The translations under genes were made by a program, and so were the position numbers. From the NCBI GenBank assembly GCA_045837725.1, contig JBEWZL010000127.1, positions 1-64,000 of the forward strand: a stretch of 64,000 bases of DNA, read 5' to 3'. This document shows, piece by piece, positions 54,918-64,000 of the stretch. The notes under the pieces were generated by a model that was not told the DNA's origin, did not search any database, and saw only the letters and a program-made list of their open reading frames with translations. Numbering within the stretch: position 1 is the stretch's first letter; the number at the start of each line of letters is the position of its first letter. The stretch is from Vermamoeba vermiformis (Eukaryota).

Positions 54918-56157
54918 ATGGGTAAACGTAGAGCGAAGTTAAAGGCTTGCGATCCGTTCAATCCCAATCGCAAAAAGAAGGTTGAAGATCCTCGCAAGAA
55001 TAGGCCTATTGAAAGTGACAAAGAGGACAGACTCAGCTTATCTCAAAAACGATTACTTCAATCACAGCGACAATTACTGAAAGTAGAGCAGAGTAAGCGA
55101 TCGGATCCAGAAAATAAACCAGAAATTAATTGAGTAATTCAGGAATAAAAGAAAAGAAGAAAAATCGCCGACAAGAAAAGCTGTTGAGTGCTGATAATGG
55201 TAAATATATAACTTACTGCGTTATTTGTTTTTAATAACTGTGGATTTGCAGGAAGATCAAACGCGCAACAGAACAAAAATAAACAAAACAAGACTAATAA
55301 CGCAAATAATAACAACGGCAACAAATCCAACAATAATAACGCAAAGCAACAAAAAAAGAACGATCGATTTGAATTTGCCGAAGTTGGATCGGATCAAGCT
55401 GACACGATCACTGACAACACTAACAACAACAACAGCACTAATACCAACAAAAAGGGTGAAGCAGAACTCGATCCTGCAGAGGTAAGCGATTATGTTAAAC
55501 AGTTATCTATATGTATGACACTGGATCTGATCCCAATCCACGACACAGTTAGAAATGAAGCCGTGGGAGAACTTCTATCAGTTCAGAGCACGCCTTAACA
55601 GCATGACGCGCGAGGTGTTGAAAGAGAAGGACCGTGGCATATCTGAGACCTTGAAACAAAAGACAAAGAAACAAGCGTAAGTAGAGAACGGATGTGGCCG
55701 CATTATTCGAGCACTAATGACCGCATTTCAATATAGACACTCTGAAATGAAGAAGCAAAAAGAAGTAGAAAAGAAAGAAAAGAAGTTGGAGAGTCGTGTT
55801 GACGAGTTTGATCGATTCAAAGACCACATCAAGTTCGGCGAGGTAGTGGATCAGCCTCCTGAGTTCAGCAAGTCCTCTCATGCTGCTAAATTCGTAGTGG
55901 TACGTTCGTTTATAAACTCTAACATCAAATCCTCACCTGTGTACTGACCTTGGATCCAGCTGGCAGACAAGAAGAAAAAACAACGCGAAGTGCTCGGCAA
56001 AGGCGAACCAATTGAAAAGCGACGGCAATTAGAAATGATGCGCGACAGAGTAGTTCAAGCTTATGAAGCTGCGAAGAAACGACGTCGCGAAGAACAAGCT
56101 GCGAATAGTGTTCAGATGGGCTACAACAAGAACAAGAAACAACGTGTTGAATTCTAA
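54918..56157 (+). CDS. CCDC137-like basic nucleolar protein (multi-exon)
   Basis: KLKACDPF, EMKPWENFYQF, DHIKFGEVVDQPP and RDRVVQAY. Confidence 0.65.
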
Positions 56158-56311
56158 TTCCTGTAAATAAACTGCGTATTGATCAATTTACGTTCGTAGC
56201 ACCAGATATTATATGGTTATTAATCATAGCCCAAGCAATGCCAATTCACGGAGAAATCGCTCGACCTTGAAAACTTTTCTTGTCAAATTTAATTTATCGA
56301 AACAATACAAG

Positions 56312-57414
56312 ATGAACACATACGATGCGATGGATATAGACCGAATAGCGCCACGAGCATTCAATCAGCGCTATTTGCCACCAGAAGTGATGATCCGCGT
56401 AGTGGCTTTCTTACATCCTGAAGAGTACATGCAGCTGACGGCCGTGTGTCGCGATTGGAACACGTGTTTCAAGACAAATATGGATTGGCATGCGATTACA
56501 ATACATCGCTTCGGTGATCTTGGCATTTCATCGCTAGAGAACTTGCGATCTGTTGCAATACTGCCCACAAAAATATGGTATCAAGAATATATTCGTAAAT
56601 ATGCTGCCCTAAAAGATCGATGTTCATTCTGCTTGAAACCAGCTGTGTATACAGGTAAATAATTAATTATTATTCTTACCAATATTACCATAACATAATT
56701 ACTAATTATTCGTTAATTATAGTCGGTGATTTTGTAAAGAGACGAGGAATTAAATTCTGCGAAACATGTTATCACAAACAACAAATGACAGAAGAGGATG
56801 TAGCAGAGCTGTTGAAAGAATCGATGCACACACCGCAAGGCTACAATCGTATCAAACAACTGAATCTTTATATTGAACCTGCGTGGTACTCGGAGAATAA
56901 GACGCCGTATTATCTACGCTGTGACGTGAAGAACTGGATCAACTTGCTCGGTGGTGAAATACCCAAGAAAGAGAAGACGTGGCGCGAACAATTGAAGCGT
57001 ATGCTGATTATGGAGGGCCTTTCGGTACAAAAAGCCGAGAACTATTCGCACCATTCATTCCCCAATGAAGGCACCAGTCTGAGTGCGCTAGTGGAGCAGA
57101 TCTTGGAGATTGAAGACATTGATGCGCGAGGCCACAGAGGACGCAACATGACACCGCAAGAACTCGATTCGCAGCGACAATTGCAGGCCTCGCGTGAGAG
57201 TGAGGTCGATGCACTGCTGCGCGCACGACAAGTGCAGCTAGACAGCTCAGGACCACTCGCTTATCGTGCCCTCGTGCAGCAGTACGCGAGCAGTGGCCGA
57301 GGGTCAGCAGAACAAGTGGTGGACTCGATTGAACGCTCCGTGCATCGACATCAGCACTTGTTGTCGGCACTCGATCAGCGCGCCAAGAACATCCCACCCA
57401 ATCCACTGCAGTAA
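56312..57414 (+). CDS. F-box protein
   Basis: YLPPEVMIRVVAFL..LTAVCRDW and CxxC motifs across one intron. Confidence 0.65.
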
Positions 57415-57518
57415 ATGCCTAGTGCTTCCATTCACCTTAGAGTCTCGTTTGTCCTGTCCAGTATCGTTCCTTTTTGCTCTTCGTGTTCGTGCAAGTCAAG
57501 TGTCACGTGTCAAACATG

Positions 57519-58502
57519 TCATTCACTGACGCGGCTGATCAGCACCACAGTGTCACCTTTGATCAGCAATGTCTTCACGCGGCGTGTTTGCACCGTCACT
57601 TCACTCTGTGGCGCTGACTCGCCCTCACCCGTGTCACGTGGCTTTGAATAGCGTGTGAACTCCTCAGTGACATTTCTCAACAGCTGTCAAATAGTGGTCA
57701 GTGACCTAGCAAATGACGCGTGTCATACGTCGTACCAGATTGAAGTACTTGTCGTATGCAATCAGCTGGCCTGTGCAGTGACCTCTGATGTCCTTCACAC
57801 GTCTGATGATCACACGTACTCGTGCACGTTGTGCACAACACTCGTGCAGCAGTGCTACGGGCCCTTGTTGCAGCTCATCTAATGCTCGGTGTTAGTAGTG
57901 CAATTGATGCCGCGCAGTGCTGGACTCACCGATCATGGTCTGCAACACAGTCTTGCGCTTCTGTGGCTCAGCTGTTGGTGCACCAGTGGTCGCTGTGTTG
58001 TTTGCATTGGCACTCGTTGCGATAGGTGCGTTGTTATTGTTACTAGTGTTAGTATTAGTGCTGTCAGTTGTTGTGCTGGTTGCACTGTCAGCAGGGGCAG
58101 TCGTGTCAGAGTATTTGTTGCAGCTGTACTAGGCACTGCAGGAGCTTCTGTACAATAAGACATTTATAAATAAATTCGACAACCCTCTATATTACCTTTT
58201 TGGACCTGTTGTTGCTTCTGTTTCTCGAGCAGTTTAGCGTTGATAGGCAGGTAATTCGGATCTGAAGGGTCAAGCAATATTCTGCATTTTTCTAAATAGT
58301 CAAACGGCTTGATATTGATTGGCGGTTGTAACGAAATATTGGACAACGCCTGAAAATAATTTTAAAAATTAGTGCAACTGAAACAGCCTGCAGATCTGAT
58401 CTCACTGAGGTTTGTAATCCCCAAGCTCGGTTATTTTACCTTAATAGGGTCAAACTCTTCCGAAAAAAAGTCAAGACTTGCGTCTATTGGCTTGTTCGTC
58501 AT
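57519..58502 (-). CDS. LSM11: Lsm11 (U7 snRNP-type Sm-like protein)
   Basis: N-terminal LDFFSEEFDPIKAL..PFDYL, then KTVLQTMI..GPVALLHECC..VRVIIRRVKDIRGHCTGQLIAYDKYFNLL, and Sm2 RRVKTLLIKGDTVVLI. Not in the ORF track because it is split over 5 exons. Confidence 0.8.
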
Positions 58503-58661
58503 AGCAGCCGTGGTAGTGTTGCTAAAGGATTAAAAATGACGCACTTTGAATAAACAACTTGTTATTAGGACACTACGATCAAAGTTGATTATGAATTAAT
58601 TACATGTAAGTTTATTGAGGCTGCTATGCTAGCTAACTCGTTAACAAATGCTGCATCCCAG

Positions 58662-59238
58662 TCATTTCTTCTCGGCGGGCTGGAACTTCAAGCTGACAGA
58701 GTTGACGCAATGGCGCTCATCAGTAGGGGTCTTAAATCCTTCGCCCTTAAACACGTGGCCCAAGTGACCACCGCACGCCTTGCACATGATCTCAATGCGT
58801 TGCATGCCATGCGAGTTGTCTTCGTGTGTAATCAAGGCACCTTAAAAACGTTAGTCATTTGTCATAGTGAGGTATTTCGTACCATCAATCGCTTGGAAAA
58901 AGGCAGGCCAGCCACATCCAGAGTCCTGGACAAGGTTAACATCGATCGAAGCTTCGACGCCAAACTACTTACAAACTTGGTCTCGCTCTTGTACAAAGGA
59001 GCAGTACATGCAGCACAGCAGTAAACGCCGTCAGCTTTGTGCTTGTTGTATTCGCCTGCACGCAAAACGATTAAAATTCTAAATTGAACGGATGGGAAAA
59101 TCTTTGAATTAATTATTTAAAAAAGGTAATAAATTTACCAGTGCCCGGTGCCTCAGTGCCCTTTTCTCGCAACACTCTGAATTGCTCCTTGGTCAAAACC
59201 ATGCGCCATTCGTTGTCAGTCTTGTTCACAGTTGTCAT
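58662..59238 (-). CDS. MSRB: Methionine-R-sulfoxide reductase (Cys form)
   Basis: [36 protein letters not shown] and RHCVNS. Confidence 0.93.
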
Positions 59239-59566
59239 GTTGATTATTGGAACGAAAAATATTAATAATATTAATGTAAAGGTATTCGTGGTGGTGTGTA
59301 GATGTAGTAGTTGTGCAATTGAAAATAAAAATTGTTCGACTGCACGCAACCTAAAAAACCCGAGCTCCGTTCCACCAGGGCTCTTCTGTTTGGGATCTGT
59401 GCGCGCAGTAACGCGACTGAGAAATTCGATGTCCGGGGGCTACGTAATTACTATATTATGTCATATTAAGTAGTGGGTTGCGTTCACTAGAATTCTTGGC
59501 ATGAAAAAGCTGGTTTCAGAAATTAATAATTTTGCCGTTGTCTGTATTGCATGAATACAACAGACT

Positions 59567-61459
59567 ATGCATCAGTTTAAATATTTAAGCGGTTTTCTGC
59601 ACTCGGTAAGGCTTAATAATTGTAATTCATCGAGATCTGAAATTGAACGCTATCGTTCTGTAGCGATCGCAGTCCGTACGTCTGGTGCTGGTAAACTCGC
59701 GAAAAAATCTACAAAAATCAGAGATATGTACTAGAGCATTCTCAACTAGCAAACAGCGTCGAGGTAAGATTAATTATTTGACAGTTCTAAATAAATAATT
59801 CATTAAAAAATCAGCAAACCATCTTGCAAATAAATTACTGGGTTTTTTTTGCATTATATTCGTTCCTAGATAGATTTATATAATAATATTATTATTTGAG
59901 TCCACCATTATTGAATTAACTCGGATGTACTTCCGCAGACAGCAAACACCACGCAGAGCACAAACACAAGAATGGACTGCACGTACTCACCCCGAAGATC
60001 AGCGTAGTCGGCATTGGTGGTAAGTACAACTGCACCACACAACCACTCAACTCACCGCATTGCCCAGGCTGTGGCGGCAATTCCATCAACAACATGGTGA
60101 AGAAGAGTTTGACGGGCGTGGAGTTCATTTCGTGCAACACTGATACGCAGAGCTTGTCGTCGAGCGAGGCGAGTGTTAACATTCAGCTCGGCCGATCAAT
60201 CAACAACGGTCTCGGTGCCGGAGCTAGACCCGAGATAGGTACGAGTGACAGTCTATTGCACGCACTGCACGGTCTCACAGTGCACATCTGTTGTTAGGAC
60301 GACAAGCAGCTGAAGAGTCGCTTGAAGAGGTCATGAGCGCAGTTGGAGACAGTCACATGGTGTTCATCACTGCGGGTGAGTGTTGTGTTTCTATTCGTGA
60401 ACATACCATTCACTGAACGCGTATCACAGGTATGGGTGGTGGTACGGGCACTGGCGCTGCACCTGTCATTGCTGAGGCCTGCAAACGGTAATGAGCTAGT
60501 GCACTGCGATTGATTAATACTAACCCAGTACAGTCGCGGCATATTGACCGTTGCTATTGCTGTCACGCCGTTTGAAATGGAAGGACAAAAGCGCATGGAC
60601 ACTGCTTTGAAAGGTAAGTCAATCGCACAGAGCTGAGCCGCGCTGACTAGTGATTGCAGGCATTGAAGTGCTGCAGAACACAGTGGACACAATGGTGATC
60701 ATTCCCAATCAAAAGCTGATTAAAACACTCGACAAGACCATTCCCTATCAGAAATCACTCGAAATTGTCAACGATGTCTTGTACCGTGGAGTGCAGGTGC
60801 GATGCATATGACAAGTGGTGTTGACCAATGACTGACGTGTGTTGTAGTGCATATCAGATCTAATTGCGCGACCAGGGCTGATCAATTTGGACTTTGCGGA
60901 CATTAAAGCCGTGATGGAGGTACGAGGACTGGTTGTGCAGGACGCAAAGCTCTCAAACTAACTCCGATTCATCTTACAGGACGCAGGCCGAGGCATGATC
61001 GGCACAGGTAACATATCATTGCACCACTGATCGCTAGACATGGCTCACACATGACACACAGGTGAGGCTGAAGGTCCCACACGAGCACGCACCGCGACGC
61101 TGATGGCCCTACGACCGATTTTGCTCGACAATTTGAAGCTGACTACTGCTCAACGCGCGCTCGTCCACGTCACTGCTGGAGCTGATTGTGGTCTCAATGA
61201 AGTACGTCCTGTTGTACCCGTTGCTGCTGATTCACTACTTACCCACACCTTGTAGATCAAACAGGTTGGCGAGATTATTTACAAAGAAATCGATCCGAAC
61301 GCCAATATAATATTTGGTGCTACACTAGCAGAGGGCATGGACAACAAGATGAAAGTCTCGCTGATTTTGACGGGTGTGGAAGAGAGAGATCAAAATGAAG
61401 ATAATGATTCAACCGGTGTCCTCGAGCGACTAAGGACATTTATTCGCGAGCATTGGTAA
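59567..61459 (+). CDS. ftsZ: Mitochondrial FtsZ, intron-rich
   Basis: Presequence, ISVVGIGGCGGNSINNM, NTDTQSL, GLGAGARPEIG, AGMGGGTGTG, PFEMEG, PGLINLDFAD and a short tail ..FIREHW*. Confidence 0.95.
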
Positions 61460-61751
61460 TGTATAACAATAAATTAATTATTTATTCAGCCCAACTTCAA
61501 GATCTAAATCTTCCGACATCTTACCCTTGGCGCTGATGAGCAGCACTCTTAGCTGGTAGATGCACGACACGGTATGTTTACATGATAGGACAGTGTATAT
61601 GGTTGAATTGTGTCATTCTAAGCTAGTACTAATGAGCCCGCCCAAATCTCGACAAAATCTTTTAAAAATTACTAGCCGTTGTGCCGAAATCACGGTTCTG
61701 TTTACCGTTGTACTTTTCAGCATCATTTTTATTTCAATACCACATAACACA

Positions 61752-64000
61752 ATGTCTCAAGTTATAATTCCACCATTGGCATTGGAGCCTTCAGAAAAAG
61801 AGAATTTGGATTCACCAACCCATGTGAGCATTAATTTTCGTAGCACTATCAATTTATTATAATAAGACTCTTTGACGGTAATTCTGATAATTGTAAATTA
61901 TAGAAAAAGGCTCATTCGAGAATTGGGGCATTGCAAGAGCTCAATAAAAATAGCCCGGTTGTGTTCGCATCTCCGCAACCCGTAAAGAAAAGAACTTACG
62001 ACCAAATGGAATCAGCAAGCACAGCTGAAAAGAAATCTAGACGAGAGGTATGCTTGGATCATGGTTATTTTTGAAAGATCTGAAATTTATCGTTAATCCG
62101 TTCTTCAGAGCTTGCACGAAAAAGCCACCGTGTTCTTCGATAAATTGAAGCGCAGATTGTCTTTGAAGAGTCTTAGACCAAAAGAGGCAAAGAAGAGCGT
62201 AAGTAACTCTTTCGAGTTAATTAGTAGTCGTACTAAGTACATCCGCAGACCAAAGTGTTCGGAGAGCCGTTGCTTTCTGTTCTTGTTAACCAACGTCGTT
62301 CTGGTATCTTCGAAGATATTCCTTACCTCGTAAACAGATGCTTGCACCATTTACTTCCGAAATATGGTACGTTTTTTTACTTTTTGATCCGACCAGATGC
62401 TCATCTCCAAACAGTTGGCGAAGAGGGCTTGTTTCGCGTCTCTGGCAATCACGAGGATTTGAATAACCTCAAAACAGATATCGATGAAGGTATGTTCATT
62501 ATTACCTTTTGCAATAGCACTTCTAACGATGCTCGACAGCTCGTCAAGTGGACTGGGATCAGATCAGCAGCCCTCACTTGGTTGCATGTTTGTTAAAGCA
62601 GTATGTCAGAGAGCTTCCTACACCCCTCATTCCTAATGGCAAGGAAATGATGGAGGTAATCGGTACGTTGCGTGCTATTTTCCAACCGAACGTAAACTGA
62701 CCCTAATACAGGCACCGAAGACGCAGACATCAAGAGACAGCGCTTGTTCGATGCAGTGTCCAAGATCCCTCCTCCCGAGTTGGCTGTTCTGCGTCGTTTG
62801 GTCGAGGGCTTTGCTAAGATCCACGACGCAAGAGACCGCAACAGAATGGATGCGCACAACCTTGCTCTTGTCTGGTCACCCACTCTGTTCAGATTTGATG
62901 AGCAATTGACTCCCGAACAACTGCTCAAGAGTGCACACAACAATGTGCAAGCTGAAGTGATTGAAGCATTGATCCTCGATCATTCCTTCTACTTTGTCCC
63001 TCGCCCTGAAGAGAAGGCATTCGCGGACCTGCAAGCCAATCTCACACTCGAATCAGCTCTGTTCGATCAGTTAGATGACAGCGAGACAGAGACCGAGTTC
63101 AAGAAGCGCCGTAGAATGAGTGTCATGACTCTTGGCATGTCTTCTCCGCGATTCAGCGATGCAGGACTTCCTAGGTATGCATTGGTTGCTTTTCTGATAA
63201 CTTAACTAACGATTTGACAGCGAACCTTCACGAATGTCGATTGATGGTTTTGCATCTCCACGTATGACTGACGAAGCTTCCATGAGCGAAACTTCAGCCC
63301 GAGGACGAAAGCGAAGAAAGCTTGAACGTCAAACCTCCGAGAAGAGAATTCGTGGTACTGTTAAAATGATCTACTACACTGAAAAGAAGAGATCTCTTTA
63401 TGATTACTTCCAGTACGTACACTAGGCCTCGTCTTAAAACTAGCAACTAACAATCTGTACAGACGAGCTTCTTGTTTAGAGAATGCACAAGTTTATGCTG
63501 AGGGTGCCCTCTCACTTGAACAGGCTATGCAAACGCTACAAGGCTGCTCTATTTTGTACCGAAGCATAAAGAAGAATGGCAAGTATGAGGTAAGCGTCAG
63601 TGGCGAGACTAAGTCGGAGTCGAAAAACGCTTCCAACAAGCCAGCGTAGCTCAGTTGGTTAGAGCGTTGGATTCATAACCCAGAGGTCGTGAGTTCGAGC
63701 CTCACCGCCGGCAGTAATTTTTTTTGCTTTTTGTCCAAGCGACCTTTCTTTTCGGCAAGCTTTCAGTATCTTATTCTAGGCAATGCAGACTAATATATTC
63801 TTATTAACCGAACAATTTATTGCAGAGCGCCAAAATTAATCACAAACAAGAGGCGGAACTGAAGCATCACCTCATATGCAAGAAAACTGGTCAAATTTAT
63901 GGACCTATCGTTGTTGTAGCAAGAGAAGACGGTATTATGGGCGTAATTGGCCATGACAAGGACTTGATCCGCAAGATCCTTTTCGATTGAACTTCTGGTT
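61752..64000 (+). CDS. RhoGAP-domain protein (3' truncated, multi-exon)
   Basis: VFGEPL, IPYLV, EEGLFRVSG, LLKQYVRELP and NRMDAHNLALVWSPTLF. Confidence 0.88.
63640..63713 (+). tRNA. tRNA-Met (CAT), elongator-like, inside RhoGAP intron 63590-63825
   Basis: Cloverleaf GCCAGCG-TAGCTCAGTTGGTTAGAGC-..TT-CAT-AA..-GTGAG-TTCGAGC-CTCAC-CGCCGGC-A, followed by an oligo-T Pol III terminator. Confidence 0.88.

Noticed and set aside
58662-59238. Selenocysteine or SECIS in MsrB
   Set aside because: The catalytic residue is encoded as Cys (RHCVN) and there is no in-frame TGA.
61527-61645. CTGATGA with flanking stems as a C/D snoRNA or hammerhead ribozyme
   Set aside because: No CTGA D box, no GAAA hammerhead core and no rRNA complementarity recognised.

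Overview
Gene-dense nuclear DNA from a eukaryotic microbe. The gene set is amoebozoan-like (nucleus-encoded mitochondrial FtsZ, RecA and primase-type Twinkle); this is inference, not a species identification. I find about 35 spliced protein-coding genes with short GT-AG introns, many in head-to-head pairs: IST1, a METTL13-like methyltransferase, PDCD5, a RUN/Rubicon-homology protein, uS17m, Hsp60, nurim, eIF3j, SET1, GPR89, a SWIM-RING protein, RecA, two further SET proteins, a STE20/PAK kinase, Sly1, twinfilin, Rpn2, Twinkle, KMO, a TPR-FKBP, Ctu2, YbeY, a UBL membrane protein, Cox7c, NDOR1, CCDC137-like, F-box proteins, Lsm11, MsrB, FtsZ and a RhoGAP. Non-coding features are an intronic tRNA-Met, a single-hairpin H/ACA-type guide RNA with an excellent LSU rRNA match, further structured-RNA candidates, and a 2.2-kb island of CpG-decayed inverted-repeat elements. 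The most unusual signal is that gene bodies, including coding exons, are loaded with three palindromic motifs (CACGTG, TGACAnnTGTCA, CTAwwwwTAG) far above chance, enough to shape protein sequence. Multi-exon genes are given as start-to-stop spans, and exon boundaries and motif counts were read by eye.
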